From Balneolales bacterium (lineage in GTDB: Bacteria; Bacteroidota; Rhodothermia; Balneolales; Natronogracilivirgulaceae), in the NCBI GenBank assembly GCA_040905685.1, contig JBBDRB010000040.1, positions 19,084 through 83,083 of the forward strand: DNA of 64,000 bases, given 5' to 3'. The position numbers and the translations under genes were made by a program. Shown piece after piece: positions 9,065 to 18,406 of this stretch. The notes beneath the pieces are model-generated. The model saw nothing but the letters and a program-made list of their open reading frames with translations, was not told the origin of the DNA and made no database searches. Numbering within the stretch: the stretch's first letter is position 1; each line of letters begins with the position of its first letter.

Positions 9065-12000
9065 ATGGCAAAAGGATTCAAAGAGGTTAAACAGCTCAAT
9101 TACGCGAAAACCGAGCTGGAAATTCTCCAATGGTGGAAGAATAACAACGTCTTTGAGAAAAGTTTATCCTCAAGAGAAGACGGTATCCCCTATACCTTTT
9201 ATGAAGGACCGCCTACGGCCAATGGCAAGCCGGGGATACATCACGTTCTGTCCAGAACGGTGAAGGATCTGTTTTGCCGGTATAAAACGCTGAAGGGGCA
9301 CCGGGTGGAACGAAAAGCCGGCTGGGATACCCACGGACTTCCGGTCGAGATTGAGGTGGAGAAGGAACTGGACCTTCAGAGCCGTTCTGATGTCGAGGCA
9401 TATGGCGTTGACAGGTATAACAAGCATTGCCGGGAAAGCGTTTTACGCTACAAGAACCTGTGGGATACCCTGACAACCCGGATGGGGTATTGGGTGGATC
9501 TTGACCACCCTTACATCACGTTTGAAAATCAGTATATAGAATCCGTGTGGTGGGCTTTAAATGAGCTTTTCAAGAAAGACCTGATTTATAAAGGATATAA
9601 AATCCAATGGTACTCGCCGGGCAGCGGGACCGTGCTGAGTTCCCATGAGGTCAGCCTTGGATATAAGGAAATTCAGGATCCCTCCGTCTTCGTCAAATTC
9701 AAAGCCGACGATGAAGAGGATACCTATTTCCTGGCCTGGACGACTACGCCGTGGACCTTAATATCCAACATGGCACTGGCTGTTCACGTTGATATTGATT
9801 ATGCCACCGTGAAGCTGACCGTCGAAGGCCGGGAGCAAAAGTTAATCCTGGCCAGGGAACTTGCCGCCCGGGTACTCGATGGGGAAGAATACGAAATTAC
9901 AGATGTGGTCAAAGGCTCCGGACTAGTGGGAAAAACCTATTCCCCCCTCTTTGATTACGCCTTGAGGGACATTGACAAGCCAAAAGCCTGGAGAATTATT
10001 CCGGCCGGCTTTGTGACTCTGGAAGATGGCACGGGAGTCGTGCACACCGCCCCGGCTTTTGGAGCAGATGATTATGATGTCTGCATGAAAGAGAACATTC
10101 CTTTATTCAACCCTATAGACCGCGACGGCCGTTTTGAGCCGCATATAGAAGAGTTTGCCGGGCAGTGGTTCAAGGATGCCGATAAAAATATTTCCCGCAA
10201 CCTCAAAGAGCGCGGGCTCATGTATAAACATCTGACCTATCTGCATAACTACCCACACGACTGGCGAAAAGGCACCCCCCTGATGTCCTATCCGGTTGAG
10301 TCCTGGTTCATCAAAACCACGACGGTCAAAGACGATATGGTCAGGATCAACGAAGGCATAAACTGGAAACCGGAAAGTACGGGTACCAAACGCTTTGGCG
10401 CCTGGCTGGAGAATAACGTCGACTGGGCGATATCCAGGCAGCGGTACTGGGGAACCCCTTTGCCCATCTGGGTCAACGATAAAGACCCCGAAGAGATAGA
10501 ATGCATCGGAAGCATTGCCGAGCTGCGGGAAAAGGCCGGTTTAAGCAAGACCCTGGAAGTGGACCTCCACCGCCCCTGGATTGACGAGATTACCTGGAAA
10601 GGAAAAAATGAGGGGACCATGCGCCGGGTTCCCGATCTGCTGGATGTCTGGTTTGATTCCGGTTCCATGCCCTTCGCCCAGTGGCATTACCCGTTTGAGA
10701 ATAAAGATAAATTCAATGATAACTTCCCGGCCGATTTCATAGCCGAGGGCGTAGACCAAACCCGCGGATGGTTTTATACCCTGCATGCATTGGGAACCTT
10801 GCTGTTTAACAGTCCGGCCTATAGAAATGTAGTTTCCAACGGACTCGTACTGGATGCCCAGGGCAAGAAGATGAGCAAGTCGGAGGGCAATACGGTGGAT
10901 CCGTTCCAGATCCTGCAGAATTACGGAGCCGACTCGACCCGGTGGTATATGATGAGCAATTCGGCCCCCTGGGATAATCTGAAGTTCAGTGAAGAAGGCC
11001 TGAAGGAAACCCAGCGTAAATTTTTCAACACCATCACCAATACCTATTCCTTTTTTGCGCTTTATGCCAACATAGATAAGTTCACGTTTTCAGGGTCGCC
11101 GATTGCCGTAAGTGAGCGCAGTGAAATGGATCGCTGGATTATTTCCCGGCAGTTCACCACCATAAAAAAGGTAGATACCTTCCTGGATGATTATGAACCG
11201 ACCCGTGCGGTCCGCGAAATAGAGCGTTTTGTCGATGATCTGAGCAATTGGTACGTGCGGCGCAGCCGCCGCCGTTTCTGGAAGGAAGGAAGCAGCCTGG
11301 ATAAAACCTCGGCCTATCAAACCCTGTATGATTGCCTGTTCAACCTGTCCAAGCTGATGAGCCCTTTTGCCCCCTTCTTCAGTGAATGGGTTTATCAGCG
11401 CCTGCATGAGGTTACCGGTCACGAAGAAGACTCTGTCCACCTTAGTTTTTATCCGACAGTGGAAGAAACCTCCATAGACAAACCTCTGGAATACCGCATG
11501 GGACTGGCGAGAAAAGTCTCCTCGATGGTGTTGAGAACTCGAAATAAGATCAATATCAACGTCCGCCAGCCCCTGGCAAAAATTATCGTCCCTGCAGGCA
11601 GCGAAAAGGAAAGAGAAGCGTTTGAATCGGTCAAATATATTATATTAGATGAAGTGAACGTTAAATCAATAGAATATGTAGAAGATGATTCGGGGATAGT
11701 TCACAAGAGCGCCAAACCAAATTTCCCTGCTTTGGGTAAAAAGTTTGGAAAAAAAATGAAGCTTCTTACCCCGCTAATTAAGAACTTAACAACGGAACAA
11801 ATAACGGAATTTGAAGATAAAGGTTCCCTCCATCTGAAGCTGGGAAGCGAAGGTGAAGTGGAATTGCTGCCGGAGTATATTGAAATTATAAGACACGGAC
11901 TTGAAGGCTGGACGGTAGAGACCGAAGACGGAGTAACCATAGCGGTGGATACCAGGATGACCCCAGAACTTGCCAGTGAAGGCATCGCCCGGGAATTCAT

Positions 12001-12244
12001 CAACAGAGTGCAAAATATGCGTAAAGACGCAGACTTTGAGGTTACAGACCGAATCCGTATAGCTTATGAAGGTTCAGACGATATTAAACAAGCGATTCAC
12101 AGCATGAAGGATTATATAACGATAGAAACGTTGTCCGAAGAAATGGTGGATGGTAATCTGGAAGCCCCGGATTATGTAAAAGCCTGGGAAATTAGCGGTA
12201 AAGAATGTACAATTGCCATTAAACGAAACACAAACTCAAAATAA
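9065..12244 (+). CDS. ileS: isoleucine--tRNA ligase (long, type-2 form)
   Basis: 1059 aa. It has a HIGH-like motif (PGIHHVL) and a KMSKS motif, and the C-terminal region lacks the Zn-finger of the E. coli type. Confidence 0.96.
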   Translation: MAKGFKEVKQLNYAKTELEILQWWKNNNVFEKSLSSREDGIPYTFYEGPPTANGKPGIHHVLSRTVKDLFCRYKTLKGHRVERKAGWDTHGLPVEIEVEKELDLQSRSDVEAYGVDRYNKHCRESVLRYKNLWDTLTTRMGYWVDLDHPYITFENQYIESVWWALNELFKKDLIYKGYKIQWYSPGSGTVLSSHEVSLGYKEIQDPSVFVKFKADDEEDTYFLAWTTTPWTLISNMALAVHVDIDYATVKLTVEGREQKLILARELAARVLDGEEYEITDVVKGSGLVGKTYSPLFDYALRDIDKPKAWRIIPAGFVTLEDGTGVVHTAPAFGADDYDVCMKENIPLFNPIDRDGRFEPHIEEFAGQWFKDADKNISRNLKERGLMYKHLTYLHNYPHDWRKGTPLMSYPVESWFIKTTTVKDDMVRINEGINWKPESTGTKRFGAWLENNVDWAISRQRYWGTPLPIWVNDKDPEEIECIGSIAELREKAGLSKTLEVDLHRPWIDEITWKGKNEGTMRRVPDLLDVWFDSGSMPFAQWHYPFENKDKFNDNFPADFIAEGVDQTRGWFYTLHALGTLLFNSPAYRNVVSNGLVLDAQGKKMSKSEGNTVDPFQILQNYGADSTRWYMMSNSAPWDNLKFSEEGLKETQRKFFNTITNTYSFFALYANIDKFTFSGSPIAVSERSEMDRWIISRQFTTIKKVDTFLDDYEPTRAVREIERFVDDLSNWYVRRSRRRFWKEGSSLDKTSAYQTLYDCLFNLSKLMSPFAPFFSEWVYQRLHEVTGHEEDSVHLSFYPTVEETSIDKPLEYRMGLARKVSSMVLRTRNKININVRQPLAKIIVPAGSEKEREAFESVKYIILDEVNVKSIEYVEDDSGIVHKSAKPNFPALGKKFGKKMKLLTPLIKNLTTEQITEFEDKGSLHLKLGSEGEVELLPEYIEIIRHGLEGWTVETEDGVTIAVDTRMTPELASEGIAREFINRVQNMRKDADFEVTDRIRIAYEGSDDIKQAIHSMKDYITIETLSEEMVDGNLEAPDYVKAWEISGKECTIAIKRNTNSK

Positions 12245-12253
12245 TTGCCTATA

Positions 12254-12661
12254 ATGGGAACAACTCAGAACAACGATGATACAGTAAGGGTATCTCCTTA
12301 TAGTGATGAGGAATTAGAATACTTTCGCCAGATCATCATAAAAAAAAGAGATGAAGCTGAGAAAGATCTTAATATGCTTGTCCAGACCCTGAAAGACAAT
12401 ACAGAGAATGCATCGGATGAATCGGCTTACTCTTTTCATATGGCCGATGCCGGCACCGATGCCCAGGAGAGGGAAAAAACCTATATGCTTTATAACCGAA
12501 CGCGTAAGTTCATCAAATATCTGGATGATGCCATGAAAAGGATCGATAATAAGACCTATGGCGTATGCAAGGTTACCGGTGAGAAAATTTCAAAAGGCCG
12601 CCTTGAATCCGTTCCTCATACGCAGATCAGCATTGAAGCCAAACTTAAAAATCAAAGGTAA
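12254..12661 (+). CDS. TraR/DksA family protein
   Basis: A coiled-coil is followed by YGVCKVTGEKISKGRLESVPHT, typical of FCB-group DksA-like proteins that lack the full Cys4 finger. ATG at 12254 is preferred over the TTG at 12245 in the ORF track. Confidence 0.8.
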   Translation: MGTTQNNDDTVRVSPYSDEELEYFRQIIIKKRDEAEKDLNMLVQTLKDNTENASDESAYSFHMADAGTDAQEREKTYMLYNRTRKFIKYLDDAMKRIDNKTYGVCKVTGEKISKGRLESVPHTQISIEAKLKNQR

Positions 12662-12667
12662 TTATTT

Positions 12668-13270
12668 TTGTCTTCCATAAAATCGAAACTGTCGGCTTTT
12701 TCACTTGCAGCGTTTATAGTGTTTGCTCTTGACCAGCTGAGCAAATACATTATCCGTACCAATGCGGATTTACACTACTACAATATAATCGATGGCTGGC
12801 TGGCTTTCCATTATACACAAAATCCAGGCATGGCCCTGGGTATCGACTGGGCAGATACCTGGGTGATCAGCCTGATTGCCATTGCGGCCACCATATTGAT
12901 TACCGTATTCGTCATCAAGACGATGCATACGGCTAAAACCGGCTATATGATCTGCATGGGTTTGATTATAGGCGGGGCTTTGGGAAATATATATGACCGT
13001 TTATTTATGGCCAGAATCGAAGGATATGGCACGCTGCTTGATGGTCATGTTGTCGACTTCATCCATTTTACGCTTACGTTGAACGGTTTCCGGGTCTTCC
13101 CCTATATTTTCAATATAGCGGATTCGGCCATAACGGTTTCTATCCTTATTCTGATCCTGTTCTACAAAAGGCTTATGCCGGAGCAGGAAAACGATAATCC
13201 TATTCCGACCGGCCAGACGGAAGCCAGCCAGGATCCCGCTGCGCAACGGTCGGATAATAATGCATCCTGA
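12668..13270 (+). CDS. lspA: lipoprotein signal peptidase II
   Basis: Multi-TM protein with GNIYDR and VVDFI..FNIAD motifs and conserved ileS-lspA synteny. TTG start. Confidence 0.88.
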   Translation: MSSIKSKLSAFSLAAFIVFALDQLSKYIIRTNADLHYYNIIDGWLAFHYTQNPGMALGIDWADTWVISLIAIAATILITVFVIKTMHTAKTGYMICMGLIIGGALGNIYDRLFMARIEGYGTLLDGHVVDFIHFTLTLNGFRVFPYIFNIADSAITVSILILILFYKRLMPEQENDNPIPTGQTEASQDPAAQRSDNNAS

Positions 13271-13285
13271 TCACAGGAGGGTTCC

Positions 13286-13720
13286 ATGGGTTCCCGGCAA
13301 GTATATTCTAAGGTACTGATCGATCATTTCAAAAATCCGGTCAACCGGGGGAGGTTAACCAACGAGACCTGCCTGGAGACCGGTTATAACCCTAAATGCG
13401 GAGATGTTATCTATCTCAGCCTGCGAATGGACCGTGATCGGGTCGAGGAGGTTATGTTTGACGGCAAGGGATGCATGATCTGTCTGGCCTCGGCATCCAT
13501 ACTGGCCGGACATATAACCAATATGCCGGCCGCTGAAATCCACCGGCATATCCATGAGGTCATGGATATGTTTTCGCCGGATCCATCCTTCGATGAAAAC
13601 CTGGCCCTCCACGATGAAATCAAGGCACTGAGCTCCGTTCGTGAGTTTCCGACCCGGTCTCAATGCGCTACCTTAGCCTGGCAAACCCTGGGTCAGGCCC
13701 TTCGTAAAGCGGACCGCTGA
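13286..13720 (+). CDS. NifU/SufU-like Fe-S cluster assembly scaffold protein
   Basis: HFKNPVNRG, NPKCGD and GKGCMICLASAS give the three conserved Cys of the IscU/SufU fold. Confidence 0.85.
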   Translation: MGSRQVYSKVLIDHFKNPVNRGRLTNETCLETGYNPKCGDVIYLSLRMDRDRVEEVMFDGKGCMICLASASILAGHITNMPAAEIHRHIHEVMDMFSPDPSFDENLALHDEIKALSSVREFPTRSQCATLAWQTLGQALRKADR

Positions 13721-13733
13721 ATACGGTCCCGCC

Positions 13734-15365
13734 TTACATCCTGTCCGGTGCGGTAATACCCAGGATCTCCAGGCCGTTTGCCAGCACAAGGGCTACGATG
13801 GCCAGCAGAGACACCCTGGCATGGGCGATTTCCTGCTTTTCACCCAATATATGGCAATCATGATAAAAGCGGTGGAAATCAGCGGCCAGTTCATTTAGGT
13901 AGTTAATGAGACGGTGGGGTTCTTTGTTCAGGGCCGAATTTTCTATGGCTTCCGGAAAATCGGTTACCCGTTTGATCAACCGGGTCTCTGAGGAATGGGT
14001 TAAATTGGAATAATCGCAGGAACCATGAAACTGATATTGCTCGGAGGCTTTCCGGAAGATGCTCTTAATTCGTGCATGGGCGTATTGCAGGTAAAACACC
14101 GGGTTCTTCTCCCCGGCCTCTTTGGCCTGACCGATATCAAACTCGAGATGCGTATTCGGTGAGCGCATTAAAAAGAAAAAACGGGTCACATCGGCCCCGA
14201 CTTCATCCATAAGTTCATCCAGTGTGACGTAATTGGCTTTGCGGGTACTCATTTTAAACGGTTTCCCGTCTTTTACTATCGTGACGAACTGGTAAACCAG
14301 GACATCGACCCGGCTGGAATCATAACCCATGGCATCGAGAGCGGATATTACATCAGGATACGTGGCAATGTGATCGGCCCCAAAAACATCTACGCACAGA
14401 TCATATCCGCGATCCAGTTTGTCGGCATGATAGGCCATATCGGGAAGCCGGTAGGTCGGTTCTCCGGTACTCTTTCTGAGCACGGTGTCCTTGTCTTTGC
14501 CAAAGGTTGTTGTTTTAAACCAGGTTGCACCCTCTTTATCGTACAAGAGCCCTTTTTTGTCGAGTTTACTCAACACTTTTTCAATGGCCCCGCTTTCATA
14601 CAGATCATTCTCATTATAGAAAGCGTCCATTTTAATGTTCATGCGCCTGAGCGTATTCTGAATCTCCTGAAAAATAGAAGCCTCAGCGGCTTCTTTAAAC
14701 AGGTCCACGCCGGATCCGCCCTTTAGCCCCTCGCCGTGCCGGTCAATGAGCCGGCGGGCAATATCGCGTATGTATTCACCTTCGTAGCCCCCCTCGGGGA
14801 AAGCCTCATCCTGACCTGTAATCTGAAAATAACGTGCTTTAACGCTCTCGCCCAGCACACGCATCTGTCGTCCGGCATTGTTAAAATAATATTCACGGTC
14901 CACGTCGGCACCCGTCCATTCCAGCAGGCGGGCAAGGGTATCACCCAAGACCGCATTTCTTCCGTGGCCAACCGTCAGGGGTCCGGTAGGGTTGGCGCTT
15001 ACAAATTCGACCTGCACTTTTTTACCGCTATTCAGCCCTGACATGCCGTAGCTTTTTCCTGCTCTTTCAACGTCTTTCAAAACCTCATGCAGTCCTTCAT
15101 CGGCATAACGGAAGTTTATGAAACCGGGTCCGGCAATCTGGATCTCACTGATCCTCGACGCATCGTATGTCATTTCGGCTACGATATCTTCCGCTATCTT
15201 CCGGGGAGCACTCCGCAGCGGCCTGGCCAGCTGAAGGGCGATGTTGGTCGCGGCATCGCCATGTTCGGGTATCCGGGGCTTTTCAATAATGACGGGAGGA
15301 AGGTCAATATCCCCACCCACTTTTCTAGCGGCTTCCGTTACTATTTCCGTTAGGTATTGTTTCAT
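13734..15365 (-). CDS. argS: arginine--tRNA ligase
   Basis: 543 aa. It has SANPTGPLTVGHGRN (HIGH region) and the C-terminal anticodon-binding DALR pattern. Confidence 0.95.
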   Translation of the reverse strand: MKQYLTEIVTEAARKVGGDIDLPPVIIEKPRIPEHGDAATNIALQLARPLRSAPRKIAEDIVAEMTYDASRISEIQIAGPGFINFRYADEGLHEVLKDVERAGKSYGMSGLNSGKKVQVEFVSANPTGPLTVGHGRNAVLGDTLARLLEWTGADVDREYYFNNAGRQMRVLGESVKARYFQITGQDEAFPEGGYEGEYIRDIARRLIDRHGEGLKGGSGVDLFKEAAEASIFQEIQNTLRRMNIKMDAFYNENDLYESGAIEKVLSKLDKKGLLYDKEGATWFKTTTFGKDKDTVLRKSTGEPTYRLPDMAYHADKLDRGYDLCVDVFGADHIATYPDVISALDAMGYDSSRVDVLVYQFVTIVKDGKPFKMSTRKANYVTLDELMDEVGADVTRFFFLMRSPNTHLEFDIGQAKEAGEKNPVFYLQYAHARIKSIFRKASEQYQFHGSCDYSNLTHSSETRLIKRVTDFPEAIENSALNKEPHRLINYLNELAADFHRFYHDCHILGEKQEIAHARVSLLAIVALVLANGLEILGITAPDRM

Positions 15366-15517
15366 GTAACCTTATTTTTGTGATACGTAATATACGGTAT
15401 TATTACGTTCAACATACGTTGATACAGGCTGAAAAAATATTCATATTTATCCCATCCGGGAAGTTTGAGTTGCTTATCTTCTGAATTCTGATACACAAAA
15501 TTAATTAAAATAATGTT

Positions 15518-15802
15518 ATGGGATTTTTAGACTTTCTGGCGCTGCTGATTGTAGCCGGCTTATGCGGGGCCATTGCTCAGGCTATATCAGGATATGACCG
15601 TGGCGGGTGCCTGTTGTCAATCGGGGTGGGTTTTTTGGGGGCGCTTATCGGAACATGGCTTGCCGAAGCACTGAACCTGCCTGAGCTGTTCGTATTTTCA
15701 GCCGGCAATGTGCAATTCCCGGTAGTATGGTCCATTGTCGGTGCAAGCGTGTTTATATTTGTGATCTCCATCATCTCTTCACGGCGAAAAAGAGGGGCCT
15801 AA
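15518..15802 (+). CDS. GlsB/YeaQ/YmgE family stress-response membrane protein
   Basis: 94 aa with three Gly-rich TM helices typical of the transglycosylase-associated family. Confidence 0.75.
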   Translation: MGFLDFLALLIVAGLCGAIAQAISGYDRGGCLLSIGVGFLGALIGTWLAEALNLPELFVFSAGNVQFPVVWSIVGASVFIFVISIISSRRKRGA

Positions 15803-18033
15803 AACCGGTATCCGGCATGAAACTCCAGTAAAATGGGTCGTCTTTTACTTCCCATAAACGTAAGCGAGACGGGACCCAGCATCGTATTGGCGGCCAGCGT
15901 TACATTCCAGCCAAACCGAAACCGGTCATGGTCGAGCGTTAGTTTATCAAAGGTGTTGCCTGCATTGCCGCCAAACAATACATAGCGCTGGTTCATAATT
16001 TCATACCGCAAATCCCCCCGCAGAGCCACCACGCTTTCTCCGGCGAGTTCATAAAGGTAATATCCGGGGAAACGAGGATATCCGCCAAGAAAAAACTGGT
16101 GATGGAACGGCAGACCCGGACCAAAGGCCTGGCCCAGGTAAAGACGGTTGTGCATAGTCATACGCCGGCTTATCTGAAAATAGCTTCCCCAGTCCAATTC
16201 ATGGCGGTTAAAGGCAACGGTGCCCAGTTCGGGCAAAGCAAACTCCGACCGTAGCCGGAGTGAATGTCCCTGGGTTGGAAATACGGCCCGGTCGTAGGAT
16301 TCCAGCCAGAAGGTGGCGAAAAAGCTGGTAAAATTAGACCAGCCTTCCGCCGACCGGTCCGTACCGATGCGGGTAGACTGGTTGAACACTTCCTGCCGTA
16401 TTCCCCCGCCTCCCATGGCCAGGGTGGAGAACATGGTGCCCAGATAAAGCTCCGAAAACACGGCATCCGTATTGATGTTGGCTATCCGTTCGGCATCCGA
16501 ATACTGATCGATGTAATAACGGGTGAAGTTAAGATCTATGCCTGCTGCCAGTTTTGGTCTGTTCCCGAAATAATTAGAATACTGTCCGTTCAACTCAAGC
16601 TGCTCACCAAACCGTGAATTCAATCGTAATGTGGAATTCCGGCTCCACACGTTCCGGAAGGTGGTGTTTATCAATAGGGAAGCGCGCGTCCAGCTGTCAT
16701 ACCGAAAACCAAACCTGAATAGATTGCGGGTATTCTCCGTAACGTCGATGATCAGCTTGTACTGATATCCGGATCGTGTCAGCCGGTAGGAGACCCTGTC
16801 AAACAGGTGCAGTCCAAAAAGGCGGGCCATGCCTTCTTCGATCTCATCGAAGGTAACAAACGAAAAGGGCGATATTCCCAGATCGATCAAAGCCTGGTCA
16901 GCGGTCATTTGATCCAGGCCATCAAAGGTAATATCCTCAATATAAATGGGAACAACCGTCTCCCTTTGCGCACGGACGACGGGGGTATGGTTGCTGTTCA
17001 GCGAATCGGCAATTTGCTTCAGGCGGTTTATATTCGCCCGCGCCCCATCCTCTCCCAGTTGTATGATGCTTTCCGCCCGGTCGAAATCCATCATGGAAAA
17101 CCCCTCCAGATCCGGATGAAGCAGCATATCAGTTAGCTTTTCCTGCTCCTTTATATTTACCAGCATTTGCAGGTTGATGGTTTGATTTAAAACATCGGCC
17201 AGACCGACAATCCGGTCCATATCCAGGAGCTGGGTGCTGGCATTGACAGCCAGCGTATAGGTCGCGCCTAAATCTATAGCATCCTGCACGGGGAGGTTTC
17301 GGACAAGGCCCCCGTCGATCAGCAGACGGCCGTCTATCTCAACGGGTGAGAAAATACTGGGTATGGCACTGCTTGCACGCAATGCATCGACCAGATAGCC
17401 TTCCCTGAATACGACGGCCTCTCCTGTTTCCAGATCTGTAGCTACGCTCGCAAAAGAAAGAGGAAACTCAGCAAAATCCTCATACTGATGATACGGCCAG
17501 ATCAGACGCGTAAAAAACAGTCCCACCTTATGCCCCTGAACGAGTCCGCTGGGCAGGCGGACCCGATTCCCGTCTATGGGAAGGGTGATCAGAAATTTAC
17601 TGTCCCATACTTTCTCTTCGATCGGTATGTACCGCCTATTTACGTCATCCGAAAAAACATCCGCCCAGTCGGTTTCCAGAACGATTTTTTCCATATCCTC
17701 AGCCGAATAGCCAAGGGCATATAAAGCACCGATCACGCTGCCCATGGAAGTCCCGGTGATGACATCGATGGGCATGTTAACTTCCTCCAGGACCTTTAAC
17801 ACGCCTATATGCGCAAATCCCTTGGCACCGCCGCCGCTTAGAACCAGTCCAACCCGGTTTTCATCCGTTTGGGCAGATGAGCAAACAGGCAGCCACAGAA
17901 TCATGATAAACGCTCCGAAAAAGGCTGTTAACCGATAGGCTCGTAAGGTAAGTGGAAAAAAAATGGTCATGGTATGTAAGGCATCCCGAAAAAATAGTAT
18001 GGTTCTGTATAATACCATTTTCCAGCCTATCAT
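15799..18033 (-). CDS. patatin-like phospholipase fused to an Omp85/BamA-type beta-barrel (PlpD-like)
   Basis: GGGAKG oxyanion motif, GTSMG nucleophile elbow and DGG motif. It also has a signal-peptide-like N-terminus and a C-terminal about 350 aa with alternating beta-strand pattern ending in GYRF. The real start may be the Met at 17970. Confidence 0.85.
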   Translation of the reverse strand: MIGWKMVLYRTILFFRDALHTMTIFFPLTLRAYRLTAFFGAFIMILWLPVCSSAQTDENRVGLVLSGGGAKGFAHIGVLKVLEEVNMPIDVITGTSMGSVIGALYALGYSAEDMEKIVLETDWADVFSDDVNRRYIPIEEKVWDSKFLITLPIDGNRVRLPSGLVQGHKVGLFFTRLIWPYHQYEDFAEFPLSFASVATDLETGEAVVFREGYLVDALRASSAIPSIFSPVEIDGRLLIDGGLVRNLPVQDAIDLGATYTLAVNASTQLLDMDRIVGLADVLNQTINLQMLVNIKEQEKLTDMLLHPDLEGFSMMDFDRAESIIQLGEDGARANINRLKQIADSLNSNHTPVVRAQRETVVPIYIEDITFDGLDQMTADQALIDLGISPFSFVTFDEIEEGMARLFGLHLFDRVSYRLTRSGYQYKLIIDVTENTRNLFRFGFRYDSWTRASLLINTTFRNVWSRNSTLRLNSRFGEQLELNGQYSNYFGNRPKLAAGIDLNFTRYYIDQYSDAERIANINTDAVFSELYLGTMFSTLAMGGGGIRQEVFNQSTRIGTDRSAEGWSNFTSFFATFWLESYDRAVFPTQGHSLRLRSEFALPELGTVAFNRHELDWGSYFQISRRMTMHNRLYLGQAFGPGLPFHHQFFLGGYPRFPGYYLYELAGESVVALRGDLRYEIMNQRYVLFGGNAGNTFDKLTLDHDRFRFGWNVTLAANTMLGPVSLTFMGSKRRPILLEFHAGYRF

Positions 18034-18406
18034 AAAGCAGCATTAACGGGAATTAGCAAGGTGAACGTTTCCTGCCGGACAACCCAATTCGTTAAGAATA
18101 ATTAATTAGAATGCGTATCTAAATAAGCTTATTTTAATTAAAAATAAGGTAACATAGTTTTTAGGGGAAAACATTATGCTTACACACTTCTTGTCTTTGT
18201 TCCGGCATCAACATAAGGGACATATTAAGCCGTAATAAGGCTGCACGTATGGTAGCCGGCAAACGAGGTTAGCCATACGTCGATCGTCATTCAACTCCGG
18301 ACCTGCATCCATTATCATCGGGTAGTTTATCCTTTACCATGCATCAACAACCTCCTGATGACTATTGTACACAAGCTGGGAGCTCCGTTCACCAAAAATA
18401 TTTTAA

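Noticed and set aside
15799-18033. Patatin gene as a possible CBASS-type or other defence effector.
   Set aside because: No cyclase, sensor or other defence gene is adjacent. The protein has an export signal and an Omp85 barrel, which fits a PlpD-like outer-membrane lipase.
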